DNA of 33,312 nucleotides from Bacteroidia bacterium (GCA_044377775.1 JBILYL010000003.1:1-33312), one strand, 5' to 3'; positions 8,401 to 17,182 are shown, counted from the stretch's first letter. Notes: generated by a model from the sequence alone, not told the origin. Made by a program: numbers and translations.

Positions 8401-10471
8401 TATTGGGATTGATCACATAATTTTCAGATGTAGTTAATTCAGTTGAATGAATATCACCTGAGTAACAGCCATTGGCAATCATAAAAGGATAATGACCAGG
8501 CAAAGGATTGTATGAAGTAATATCATCGATACTCAAATCAAAACCACTTCCGGAAGCATGCCCAAAAAACGTCATTAACGAAACACCGTTGTCCATAAAT
8601 TCCTGCAATGTATCAGAAGTATTTATGCTGATAGGAGAAGAGCTTGTTTTCAAAAAAGTACTCACCACACCACCAAATAAAGTATCTTCAATGGTCGTTT
8701 CGTAAGCATTGAGATACGTCTTAAAAGCGAGTTGTTCATAAGAAGTGGTACCTCCTCCAAAATGCAACACATTCTTCATCCATTCAGCAGGAGGATTTGT
8801 CACGGTGTTTTCATATTGCTGCACTTTATTTAAATAAGTATCAACATCAACTATTGATTTGGCAGCTAACCGACCAGTTGCAATTGCAGGAACAACCACA
8901 CCACCGGACAAGCCTGCAGTGAATAAATTATCGCTCGAAGGATTTCCGAAAGAAGGAACAAGATCTAAGGCGTAATAAGCAGGATCTGTTCTCAAAAGTG
9001 CCATGTGGTATGATTTTCCGATAAGGAATAAATTTTTGGGAGGAGTAGGAAAGCTATTCAATAAAAACTTACTGAAACCTCTTATGGAAAGCGGACTCTT
9101 GACGATACCGTAAGCAAACTGATCATACAATTGATCAATATCTGCAATTACAACATTATGAAAACCACCAAACATATTTGTACTCCGGTAATTTTTATAA
9201 TCCTGGGCTGCCGTCATTAATGTTTGATGCGTAACAATAATGTAGGCTGAATCAGCTGCCATGAGCGAGTAATCGACAAACTGAGCAGAAGGGCCTACAG
9301 GCTGTAAAGACAAAACAGAAGAAATGAAACCATCTGAAGTAATAAAACATTTTTTATCGGCACCGCTATTTGCAATTAACACGCTATCATTTGAGCCATC
9401 CGTAACAACATTAATCCGCTTGGCATTAGTAAGATCATAAACGCGAACTGCTCCGGAAGCAGTAAAATTAGTAAATGCAAAAAATGATTTTGTCTGACTT
9501 AAATTTTCGGGAACATAAAACAAGTAGTTGCTTTTATTCTCCAGATTCAGTGTATGTGGATATTTTACATTTATATATGACACAGCTGTCCGGTTGGAAG
9601 TAAAACCAGAATTGATACTTGAATATAAGAAATTTGTGAAGGCAGCACCTAAGTTGATTGAAGGAACAGCTTTAACAAATTTGTTTGCTGCATAACCCTT
9701 AAACAAAGTATCAACAAATAAATTGCTGTTGTATTCGATCTTTAATTCGTGATCGGTTAATATAATTGCTGCATCTTTTGATGCACCAACAGCAACCGTT
9801 GTGATTATTGAATTTGGTCCGGCACTATAAACATTGGAGGTGGGCACGCTATAAGAAACAGAACCACCGAGATTAATTACATTGGCATCAAACCACCCTT
9901 CCGCTTTTGTATAACGTGCATCCGTTCCACCAACATTATCCGTTTCACCTTCATAATATCCATTGTGAAAATCAAGTACTTCATCTCTTATAAAATAATC
10001 ATCGGGAACATAAGAACTAAAAGCAATATCTGTTTCCACCTGCATACGATTATTTAAAACAGAGGAATTCCAAGTTAAAAAATAAACTGCGGTATCATTA
10101 ATTAAACTATAAAAGGGGTTTGGAACAAATCCTGTATTCACATATAAAGAAGAGTCGAGGACGCCATCATTTTTCTGCGCATAAAACTCAATAAAATCAG
10201 AACTATTAAAAACGTTATCACTTTCTCCTTCGATGTAAATAAATTGCTGAAGGCCGTTATGAAAAAGCTGGAAATTTTTGGGATTAATTGTACCGAGGGG
10301 AATACCGGCATTTGCAAGAGTGGCCGAATCAATTCGAAACACACCGTTTTGTGCGATTTTTATTTTATAATAATTCTGAGAGTAGTTGATCCATTCATTG
10401 CCATATGTTTGTGCTCTTACCTGTAAAGAGATTAAAACGATCACACATAAGACAAGTAAACGTTTGATCAT
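5465..10471 (-). CDS. PorU-like T9SS sortase / peptidase C25 (gingipain-clan) protein, PorU2 type, 1668 aa
   Basis: Signal peptide VRA|Q, then YYKIKIAQNGVFRI, IEFYA, LYDQFAYG, LFLIGK, PSSDN and ATGRL. The predicted catalytic dyad is FFGHASG (His638) and ANGCYSG (Cys669). It also has a CARDB-like VDELNETNN and a C-terminal YPNPF...WDGKDEFGDQLANGVYLYRV CTD. Confidence 0.85.
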   Translation of the reverse strand: MIKRLLVLCVIVLISLQVRAQTYGNEWINYSQNYYKIKIAQNGVFRIDSATLANAGIPLGTINPKNFQLFHNGLQQFIYIEGESDNVFNSSDFIEFYAQKNDGVLDSSLYVNTGFVPNPFYSLINDTAVYFLTWNSSVLNNRMQVETDIAFSSYVPDDYFIRDEVLDFHNGYYEGETDNVGGTDARYTKAEGWFDANVINLGGSVSYSVPTSNVYSAGPNSIITTVAVGASKDAAIILTDHELKIEYNSNLFVDTLFKGYAANKFVKAVPSINLGAAFTNFLYSSINSGFTSNRTAVSYINVKYPHTLNLENKSNYLFYVPENLSQTKSFFAFTNFTASGAVRVYDLTNAKRINVVTDGSNDSVLIANSGADKKCFITSDGFISSVLSLQPVGPSAQFVDYSLMAADSAYIIVTHQTLMTAAQDYKNYRSTNMFGGFHNVVIADIDQLYDQFAYGIVKSPLSIRGFSKFLLNSFPTPPKNLFLIGKSYHMALLRTDPAYYALDLVPSFGNPSSDNLFTAGLSGGVVVPAIATGRLAAKSIVDVDTYLNKVQQYENTVTNPPAEWMKNVLHFGGGTTSYEQLAFKTYLNAYETTIEDTLFGGVVSTFLKTSSSPISINTSDTLQEFMDNGVSLMTFFGHASGSGFDLSIDDITSYNPLPGHYPFMIANGCYSGDIHSTELTTSENYVINPNKGMIGYLASVGLGVPYALNMYSSVFYKQTAISNYGKSVGSAIKNVIALNELVALSDPILMATCNEMTLHADPAIVINAHKKPDYKITNSDVFFDLTKPAPDSIVIYVVRTNLGRASNDSIFTQAYRTFPDGSNQTYLSFSIAPKFKDTIAIKIPWDFSKDIGLNKVRITLDYFNRVDELNETNNATTDITFMISGGDIVPVYPYEFAIIPKDTVTLKASTADMFAPLRDYVFQIDTTDTFDSPFMESSPLISSVGGVITWKPSFNFDPTLVYYWRVSPDSTSATSGFKWRESSFQYIPDKRGWGQAHFFQFKNDRYQYVNFNRPLRKFDFVNDIKSLQCNNGISSYINWINVNYKINGSMEYVSSWAIPGFTIAVFDPVSNICVKSIAVGGGFSQFGSYTYAPIGTPENACDFFDTDSLNRAKITNFIMNDIPNGYNVLAYSQDYHSIPTYEENLYLAFESLGSSQIRTVPSQRSYILFGTKGDPIGSAAEVIADSLNSFIQLDTALISNWNEGSISSPIIGPAFSWDSLSWKQHHIDGISTDDSIFVQLIGIMPDGSEDTLASFNSSQLDIGNLGTYANASVYPNIRLVAYMRDDTLNTPPQLERWQVIYTPVPEAAINPALAYYAKDTVDEGDNIIVHLPIQNISEYTFSDSLLVTYWIEDANRINHPLPSKLKKNLFAPAEIIVDTINVNTNSYPGTNALWVEVNPIHPTDTLDLPKIQLEQYHFNNIVRIPFNVSVDKINPLLDVTFDGVHILNSDIVSSKPNILIQLKDENQFLALNDTNDFKLFIQSPSLPVAQRIYFGSLMSFVPAVLPNNSCKINLTPTLTEDGKYQLIVQAKDKSDNQSGAIDYKINFEVINRSTITEVMNYPNPFSTATHFVFTLTGSEVPTYFKIQILTITGKVIREITNDELGALHIGRNITDYAWDGKDEFGDQLANGVYLYRVVSSMRGEDIEKRESGADQYFKKGFGKMFLMR

Positions 10472-11547
10472 TTGACTTTTTTGTTGATGTCCACTTTGAT
10501 AGAGAATACATTGGAGTAAAGAGCAACGGATTGATCACCAATATCTGTTAAAGCATAATCGATGTAAACAGATTTGATCTTAACACCGACTCCGATATTC
10601 GGCTGAAATGTTTTTATTTTTTTCCCAAGAGCATCCGTATATGTTTGGTAATTCCCAACTCCTGCACGCAAGAAAATCATATTCATATACGAAGCCTCTA
10701 AACCTAAATGAGGATCTAAACTAACGGCCTTACTTTTTATAAGTACATTTCTTTTTCCGTCAAAAGTAGCATCCACATCCAATTCCGCCAACAAAGAAAC
10801 CTTCTCATTAAAATCGAATTTACGCGCAGCGCCCAATAATAATTTTGGTAAGGTGATCTCAACCGAGTTTTCAGGAATTTCATTTCCTGTAGCCAAAAAC
10901 ACTTGTTTGGTTTCCTCTGATAAATTAAAACTCCAGGCATTAAAAGTAGACGTTACATCACGTGCCATCACAGCAAATTTCCATTTTTTATAATCGTACT
11001 GCGCACCGGCATCCAGGCCAAAACCCCACGCACCGGCAAAATCACCCACTTTCCTGCGGATGATCTTCACATTTGCTCCCAAGCGCAATCCGGGGATCTT
11101 CAGTTGTTTTGCATACGAAACCAAAAAGGCATAATCAACGGCAGAAAAAGTTGTGATCCTGTTGTAATCAACATTCCCGTTTGCATCAATCAATTCGGTT
11201 GTATTGGGAATATCATCAACACCAAAACGAATTAAACTTAAGCCCAAGACACTCGATGAATCAAGGCGTGTAGCAAATGCTCCGTAATCATATTTGGCAA
11301 TACCGGCAAAATATTCGCTGTGCATCAAGGCAACCTGATGCTGGTTTTTGATACCCAACAAACCAGCCGGATTCCAATACCCTGCAGTAACATCGTTTAC
11401 AGAAGTAATGTATGAATTTGACATACCCAAGGCTCTTGCCCCAACACCAATATTCAGAAACTCATTACTGTATTTAGGAGCCTGAGCAACAACCGTTGAA
11501 AAAAAACATAAAAAAGCGACTGTAGCAGCGGAAAATTTCTTATTCAT
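10468..11547 (-). CDS. PorV-family (FadL-like beta-barrel) T9SS shuttle protein, PorV2 type
   Basis: Signal peptide VVA|Q, FLNIGVGARALGM, AGYWNPAGL, GFGLDAG and amphipathic beta strands. It overlaps the PorU-like gene by ATGA. Confidence 0.85.
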   Translation of the reverse strand: MNKKFSAATVAFLCFFSTVVAQAPKYSNEFLNIGVGARALGMSNSYITSVNDVTAGYWNPAGLLGIKNQHQVALMHSEYFAGIAKYDYGAFATRLDSSSVLGLSLIRFGVDDIPNTTELIDANGNVDYNRITTFSAVDYAFLVSYAKQLKIPGLRLGANVKIIRRKVGDFAGAWGFGLDAGAQYDYKKWKFAVMARDVTSTFNAWSFNLSEETKQVFLATGNEIPENSVEITLPKLLLGAARKFDFNEKVSLLAELDVDATFDGKRNVLIKSKAVSLDPHLGLEASYMNMIFLRAGVGNYQTYTDALGKKIKTFQPNIGVGVKIKSVYIDYALTDIGDQSVALYSNVFSIKVDINKKVK

Positions 11548-11644
11548 ATAGACAATAAAATTAAACTAATTTGCAATAATATCCAAACCTTTGTCTAACG
11601 AATTTATCGCTCGGATATTGCGTCAGAAAAACCTATTACTTCAG

Positions 11645-11652
11645 TATATTTG
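11645..11652 (+). promoter_or_regulatory. -7 promoter element (TATATTTG) for the methyltransferase-GT2-GT-C operon
   Basis: Exact TAnnTTTG followed by CA. It covers the ORF-track start at 11650, so the true start is probably the TTG at 11668. Confidence 0.65.
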
Positions 11653-11667
11653 CATAAATTATTCAGT

Positions 11668-12264
11668 TTGAAGAAAAAAGGTTTCATATACAGTAACATC
11701 CACTTCTATCGCTTTGTGATGTCATTGCTATATAGAGGCAATTACTATCAACGATTCGATCCTGTATTTAAGCACATTACAGGTAAAAAAGTTACCGAAT
11801 TATGCTTTGGTGACACCATTATTGCCGAGCATTGCAAAAAGAACGGAATAGCCTGGACAGGAATCGACATCAATGAGGTTTTTGTAAAAAATGCATTAAA
11901 AAAGGGCTTTACAGCAGCACAAGAAGACCTGGAACAGATCAACACCCTGCAACAAGCAGACACGTGCGTTATTTGCGGCTCCTTGTATCATTTTCAGAAA
12001 GATCAGGAATCTCTTTTCAGAAAGATGCTGGACTGCGCCAATCGGGTGATCATTTCGGAGCCGGTAATAAATCTCTCAAATAATAAAGGAATAATTGGTA
12101 AATTGGCAAAGGCTTCTGCAAACGTGAATGGAAAAAAACAAGCATTCCGTTATACTGAAAAAACACTATTGGAAACAATAGAAGAACTCAGCAAGAAGTT
12201 GCTGTTTAAATATACTGTCGAAGTGAGATTTGACAAAGACCTGATAATTGTTATCAAAAAATGA
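11668..12264 (+). CDS. Class I SAM-dependent methyltransferase-fold protein
   Basis: Degenerate motif I (VTELCFGD), acidic motif II (GIDIN), SLYHF and VIISEP. It overlaps the next gene by ATGA. Confidence 0.7.
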   Translation: MKKKGFIYSNIHFYRFVMSLLYRGNYYQRFDPVFKHITGKKVTELCFGDTIIAEHCKKNGIAWTGIDINEVFVKNALKKGFTAAQEDLEQINTLQQADTCVICGSLYHFQKDQESLFRKMLDCANRVIISEPVINLSNNKGIIGKLAKASANVNGKKQAFRYTEKTLLETIEELSKKLLFKYTVEVRFDKDLIIVIKK

Positions 12265-13193
12265 ATGACGTAGAGATAAGTATTGTTATTCCAGTTTACA
12301 ACAGCTCTTCTATTGTAGAGGAACTGCATAAACAAATTGTGTTGGCGGTAACACTTCCCTATGAGATTATTTTTGTGAACGATTGCAGTAAAGATGACAG
12401 CTGGCAAAAAATTGTTTCGCTGAGCAAACTACATCCTGCAATTACAGGAATAAATCTCCGTAAAAACAGCGGACAGGACAATGCAATCCTTTCCGGACTT
12501 CGTATCTCAAAAGGAAACTACTGTGTAATCATGGATGATGATTTGCAGCACAACCCGAGTGACATCTTACAATTATACAATGAATGTAAGAAAGGATTTG
12601 ATGTTTGTTACGCAAATTTCAGTTCGCGCAAACAAAGCATTATCAAAAATATCGGAAGCAACACAAATGGTAAACTGGCGGAAATACTCGTTTCAAAGCC
12701 GAAAGGAATTTATCTTTCTCCCTTTAAAATAATTAACAAATCGACCGTGACAGAGATTGCGAATTTCGCAGGACCGTACCCTTATATTGATGGAATTATT
12801 TTAACGATCACTCAAAACCTTTGTCAGATCAATGTTGAACATCAAGTTCGGTTAAACGGGAAAAGCAACTACACACTATCAAAATCGGTATCTGTCTTCA
12901 TGAAGTTGTTCACAGGATTTTCTGTTTTACCACTTCGCTTAGCCACCATTATTGGATGTATCGCTACCTTTGTTGGATTTATTCTTTCATTAAAATATCT
13001 GTACGATTATTTTATCGCAAAGAATTATATCGAAGGCTGGACTACAGTTGTTGTTCTGATCATCTTTTTCGGTGGACTGATATTGATTACACTGGGAATC
13101 ATCGGAGAGTATATCGGCCGAATGTATCTGACCTTGAACAACAAACCACAATATAGCATTTCTGAAATTGTAAGAAGCAATGAAAAACGCTAA
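12261..13193 (+). CDS. GT2 polyprenyl-phosphate glycosyltransferase (GtrB/ArnC-like)
   Basis: ISIVIPVYN, FVNDCSKDDS, RKNSGQ, VIMDDDLQH, R..GKSNY, two C-terminal TM helices and LGIIGEYIGR. Confidence 0.92.
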   Translation: MNDVEISIVIPVYNSSSIVEELHKQIVLAVTLPYEIIFVNDCSKDDSWQKIVSLSKLHPAITGINLRKNSGQDNAILSGLRISKGNYCVIMDDDLQHNPSDILQLYNECKKGFDVCYANFSSRKQSIIKNIGSNTNGKLAEILVSKPKGIYLSPFKIINKSTVTEIANFAGPYPYIDGIILTITQNLCQINVEHQVRLNGKSNYTLSKSVSVFMKLFTGFSVLPLRLATIIGCIATFVGFILSLKYLYDYFIAKNYIEGWTTVVVLIIFFGGLILITLGIIGEYIGRMYLTLNNKPQYSISEIVRSNEKR

Positions 13194-14565
13194 GCTCCTC
13201 CTTCCGTTTTACATTTTACTCACACTCCTAACAATTTTCTGCACCCCGATTCCATTCTTTTGGGATGGAACCTTTTTCTCTGCACTGTCGGTTTACTTTT
13301 ATGAGAACGGGATGAATGGATACATTGCTCCGTTGCCAATCGACACAGGTGGTTTCCCATTGTTTTCAAGCTATTTAACGTTTGCTTGGAAACTTTTCGG
13401 AAAAACACTTACTGTTTCTCACCTTGCAATACTTCCATTTATATTCGGTATCGTATTTGAATTTTATAAACTTTCAAAACGATTCTTAAATGAAAAAACA
13501 ATTTTGTTCGCGTTGATCTTACTGATCATCGAACCGGTATTTATTACACAATCAATTTTAATGGGCTATGACATTTTGATCGCCTATTTCTTTTTGCTCT
13601 CGCTAAATTCACTTTACGAAAAAAAACAACTATTATTTTCAATTGCCCTGACATTGCTCTGTTTAATAAGCATACGCGGAATAATGCTGGCATCCGCTAT
13701 TTTCACGATCGATTTGGTTACACAACGGAAAATCAACCTTAAGTTTATCCGAAATTACACCCCTGCTGTTTTCATCTTATTAACCTGGTTTGTCTATCAC
13801 AAGACACAAACAGGCTGGTATTTATTTTCACCAACAAGAGAAAATAATGCAGAACAACTTTCCGGAGCTGGAATGGTCATCCGGCAATTCATCTATATAT
13901 TCTGGAAGACAATTGATCTTGGAAGAATCACCTTGTGGATAATTTTGGTCAGCTGCGGATTATATTTTCTAAAGAAAGATCGTTCAAATAAAACGAAAGA
14001 ACTACTACAACTGATCTTTATTCCATTAGTTGCAATGTCTTTATTCATGTTGTTGATAAGGAATCCGATCGGACATAAATATTTTTTGGTTGTATTTATA
14101 CTCTTAAATATCGGAGTTTGTCATTTGCTGGAACAAATTGATAACAGAAAAAAAAGAACGGTTTTGTATTGTCTGATCTCAATAAGTTTAATAGGAGGGA
14201 ATTTCATTACATATCCTCAACGGTATGGAAACGCTTGGGATTCATCACTAAAGATATTCCCCTACTTCAAATTAGAAAACGAAATGAACATCTATCTTTT
14301 ACAAAATAATATTGCTGACAAGCAGATAGGAACTCAATTTCCCCTTTCAGGCGATCTTAGGAATTCACACCTCTCCGATTCCTCTTATCAGTTCACCGAC
14401 ATTGAAAATAAACCAATTAACAATTTTCAGTATTTTCTGTATAGCAATATCATTAACACAAATAGAATAAATGACTTGAATAAAATAACGGAACAATGGA
14501 TAGTCGTAAAAAGGATGAAAAGCGGAACAATTGAACTTACGCTCTTTCAGAATCCGGACTTTTAG
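13180..14565 (+). CDS. Integral membrane GT-C fold glycosyltransferase (ArnT/GT39-like)
   Basis: About 10-12 hydrophobic segments, PFFWDG in the first outer loop, a P-L-F (HPPL-like) segment and a soluble C-terminal tail. It sits directly downstream of the GT2 donor synthase. Confidence 0.7.
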   Translation: MKNAKLLLPFYILLTLLTIFCTPIPFFWDGTFFSALSVYFYENGMNGYIAPLPIDTGGFPLFSSYLTFAWKLFGKTLTVSHLAILPFIFGIVFEFYKLSKRFLNEKTILFALILLIIEPVFITQSILMGYDILIAYFFLLSLNSLYEKKQLLFSIALTLLCLISIRGIMLASAIFTIDLVTQRKINLKFIRNYTPAVFILLTWFVYHKTQTGWYLFSPTRENNAEQLSGAGMVIRQFIYIFWKTIDLGRITLWIILVSCGLYFLKKDRSNKTKELLQLIFIPLVAMSLFMLLIRNPIGHKYFLVVFILLNIGVCHLLEQIDNRKKRTVLYCLISISLIGGNFITYPQRYGNAWDSSLKIFPYFKLENEMNIYLLQNNIADKQIGTQFPLSGDLRNSHLSDSSYQFTDIENKPINNFQYFLYSNIINTNRINDLNKITEQWIVVKRMKSGTIELTLFQNPDF

Positions 14566-15991
14566 ATCGTTTTAATTTTTTAAGCAAAGCATCTTTATCA
14601 ATGCAAAGCATGAAAATAGTATACAGAAAGGGCAACGCTACAACTTTGTAACGAACCATTGCACCGATTACAGGGGTTGTTAATCCGATAACAGCAAACT
14701 GAATAAGTGCAAAAAACAAAGCAAACAATACAACTTGTTTCTGCTGAAGATTTTTTTTATCAAAGAACAAAATCGCCAAAACCAGTATAAGCAGAAGCCA
14801 CATATTTTCTAGCCATGGAAGCAACTGTAAAACATTTTTAATCTTAAACAATGTCGGCTGGGTAAAAACACTAAAGATCGAACGAGGTACTTTTTTCACA
14901 ATCCCGCAAAAAGAAGGATCTGCTTTTTCGATCTCAATCACTAATTGAGCGGGTGAAATGATATAAAGCAATTTATAAAAAGCACTTTCTCCTGAACCGG
15001 AAACAAAAGTAGTATCCTGCATATTATCTAATTTCCAGGATAAAAAACTACTTCCTTTCTTGATTGAAAATATTGAATCAGACTGAGGAATCAGCACGTT
15101 AACGTTAGCGTATTCAATCCGAATAAAATTCTTGTCGTTCATCAAAAATATCCCGCCATGTGCTTCGCTGATGGCTTTTGATTGCTTATCAGCAATCAGC
15201 TTATATACATTGAATCGTTCACTTGTTTTTGAAAGCAGATGAAACAGGCCGGTAAATAAAAATAAAATCAATAAGAATTTCAAAAAATAATTCCGGGATG
15301 ATACTTTCGAGAGAATCCAGCCGATCAAAAGTAACGGCAAGAGCGCAGCAAGAATATAAATTTTAAGAAAAAACAATAGTAAAAGCAAAGCGACTACAAC
15401 AATTAACTTCTTAAGAGTAATATTTTTTTCCAGACCAAAGTCTGTCAGATAAACAATAAAGCCAACACAAAACATTGCGATTGTCTCTTTATAGATACCT
15501 GCCGTCCAGAATAGAACCGAAGGTATAAAGTATAATCCAACAATCAGCACATTTTTTTTTGAAGGGAAATATTTATAAAAAGATTTATAAAGCGCTGTTA
15601 ATCCGGCAAAAGAAAGGAAGCAAAAGAAAACTATATGAACAAAAATAGTGTTAAATGATAAAAAACGGATCAAAAAATTCAGATAAATAATTATCCTTGA
15701 ATTATTAAATAAGGTATCATCAATACTGGAATGCCATCCGGGAATATCTACAACGGTGGTGTTTCCTAAAAACCGGTCAAAAATTATATTACCGCTCTCG
15801 AAATAGAGATTAAAGTCGGAGTCGGTATAATAAAAAGTATATACTGCAAAAACACAAAGCCCTGCAATAATTTTCAAAACAAACAGTCCGGTCAACTGAA
15901 GTTTTGAAATAGCAGGAACATCAAAAAACTTCATTTTAAACATCAAAAAAATGAAGAAAACAGCATATAGAAGAGGCAAAATAATTTGCAT
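14537..15991 (-). CDS. Polytopic membrane protein, probable GT-C superfamily (Wzy/ligase-like) enzyme
   Basis: About 11 TM segments with YYTDSDFNLYF, PSVLFWTAGIYKE and GAMVRYK motifs, plus a large soluble loop. It overlaps the previous gene convergently by 29 bp. Confidence 0.55.
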   Translation of the reverse strand: MQIILPLLYAVFFIFLMFKMKFFDVPAISKLQLTGLFVLKIIAGLCVFAVYTFYYTDSDFNLYFESGNIIFDRFLGNTTVVDIPGWHSSIDDTLFNNSRIIIYLNFLIRFLSFNTIFVHIVFFCFLSFAGLTALYKSFYKYFPSKKNVLIVGLYFIPSVLFWTAGIYKETIAMFCVGFIVYLTDFGLEKNITLKKLIVVVALLLLLFFLKIYILAALLPLLLIGWILSKVSSRNYFLKFLLILFLFTGLFHLLSKTSERFNVYKLIADKQSKAISEAHGGIFLMNDKNFIRIEYANVNVLIPQSDSIFSIKKGSSFLSWKLDNMQDTTFVSGSGESAFYKLLYIISPAQLVIEIEKADPSFCGIVKKVPRSIFSVFTQPTLFKIKNVLQLLPWLENMWLLLILVLAILFFDKKNLQQKQVVLFALFFALIQFAVIGLTTPVIGAMVRYKVVALPFLYTIFMLCIDKDALLKKLKRSKSPDSERA

Positions 15992-16071
15992 ACTATAAAG
16001 ATATTAAAACTTTCTATTATTGAGGGAAAGGCAGGAGAAAGAGAAAATCAATCCCAATCATTAATTTTTAG

Positions 16072-16079
16072 TAATTTCG
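16072..16079 (+). promoter_or_regulatory. -7 element variant (TAATTTCG) for pssA-purS
   Basis: One mismatch to TAnnTTTG, ending 5 nt before the ATG at 16085. Confidence 0.5.
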
Positions 16080-16084
16080 CCACG

Positions 16085-16849
16085 ATGAACATTAAAAAAC
16101 ACATCCCAAATGCGATCACATCCGGCAATCTTTTCTGCGGTTGTTTAGCGATCGTTTGCGCATTTAATGAAAACCTGATTTGGACAGGTTACCTTGTAGT
16201 ACTTGCAGCCGTATTGGACTTTTTTGACGGTTTTGCCGCACGACTTTTAAAAGTGGGCGGTGAAATGGGTAAACAGCTAGATTCATTAGCCGACATGGTA
16301 ACTTTCGGTGTCGTTCCGGGAATCGTAATGTATAAACTCATCAGCCATGCTTCACCCATTCTTTTTCAGTCGATTTCAAGGGATCTTTCTGTTACGGTAT
16401 TAATATTTCTCCCATTTATTGCATTTACAATTACCATTTTTTCAGCAGTCAGGTTAGCTAAATTCAATATTGATACCCGCCAAACCGATTCTTTCATTGG
16501 AGTTCCAACACCTGCAAATAGTATTTTAATATGTTCGATTCCTTTAATAAATGCCTACCAAGCTGAAATTTTCGGATTTCAAATACATTCGATAACAGGA
16601 AACATTTATTTTCTTATCGGATTAACCCTTATGATGTCCTACCTACTTATTGCCGAACTTCCTTTGTTTGCACTAAAATTTAAGAATTTTGGATGGGATG
16701 ATAATAAACTGAGGTACTCATTTTTGATAATTTCTGTACTTTTGTTAATACTATTTCAGTTCATTGCAATCCCTTTTATTATATTTTTGTACATCCTTTT
16801 ATCAGTAATCAGTAATCGGATGAATAAAACCAAAACAACGGAAAACTAA
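16085..16849 (+). CDS. pssA: CDP-diacylglycerol--serine O-phosphatidyltransferase (CDP-alcohol phosphatidyltransferase family)
   Basis: IPNAITSGNLFCG, DFFDGFAAR...GKQLDSLADMVTFGVVP, RLAKFN and FIGVPTPA. The start is set at MNIKKHIPN. Confidence 0.9.
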   Translation: MNIKKHIPNAITSGNLFCGCLAIVCAFNENLIWTGYLVVLAAVLDFFDGFAARLLKVGGEMGKQLDSLADMVTFGVVPGIVMYKLISHASPILFQSISRDLSVTVLIFLPFIAFTITIFSAVRLAKFNIDTRQTDSFIGVPTPANSILICSIPLINAYQAEIFGFQIHSITGNIYFLIGLTLMMSYLLIAELPLFALKFKNFGWDDNKLRYSFLIISVLLLILFQFIAIPFIIFLYILLSVISNRMNKTKTTEN

Positions 16850-16861
16850 ACACAACATAAA

Positions 16862-17113
16862 ATGAAATTCAGAGCAGAAATTGACGTAATGCCATTAAAA
16901 GCATTATTGGATCCACAAGGAAAAGCAGTTACAGGAAGTATGAAAAATTTAGGGTTACCTGAAATTGAGAATGTACGAATTGGCAAACACATTACCTTAG
17001 AAGTTGAAGCAGATTCAAAAGATGCAGCATCTGCAAAAGTGGATGATGCGTGCAAAAAACTTTTAGCGAATCAGATCATGGAATTTTATGAATTTGAGAT
17101 CTTTGAAAATTAA
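16862..17113 (+). CDS. purS: Phosphoribosylformylglycinamidine synthase subunit PurS
   Basis: 83 aa with LLDPQGKAV, VRIGKHI and C.KLLAN.IME. Confidence 0.96.
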   Translation: MKFRAEIDVMPLKALLDPQGKAVTGSMKNLGLPEIENVRIGKHITLEVEADSKDAASAKVDDACKKLLANQIMEFYEFEIFEN

Positions 17114-17130
17114 TATTCAGAATATATCAT

Positions 17131-17162
17131 AAAAAACCGAAGAAAATTTCTCCGGTTTTTTT
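17131..17162. terminator. Bidirectional intrinsic terminator between purS and lptB
   Basis: AAAAAACCG-AAGAAAATTTCTC-CGGTTTTTTT hairpin flanked by A and T tracts, between convergent genes. Confidence 0.8.
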
Positions 17163-17182
17163 ATTTGATTTCGACAAAAACA

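Noticed and set aside
15986-16084. N-terminal extension of pssA in the ORF track (similar extensions for lpdA, 11650, 21776 and 28621)
   Set aside because: The extensions run through promoter elements or neighbouring genes, and the downstream starts fit the family N-termini better.
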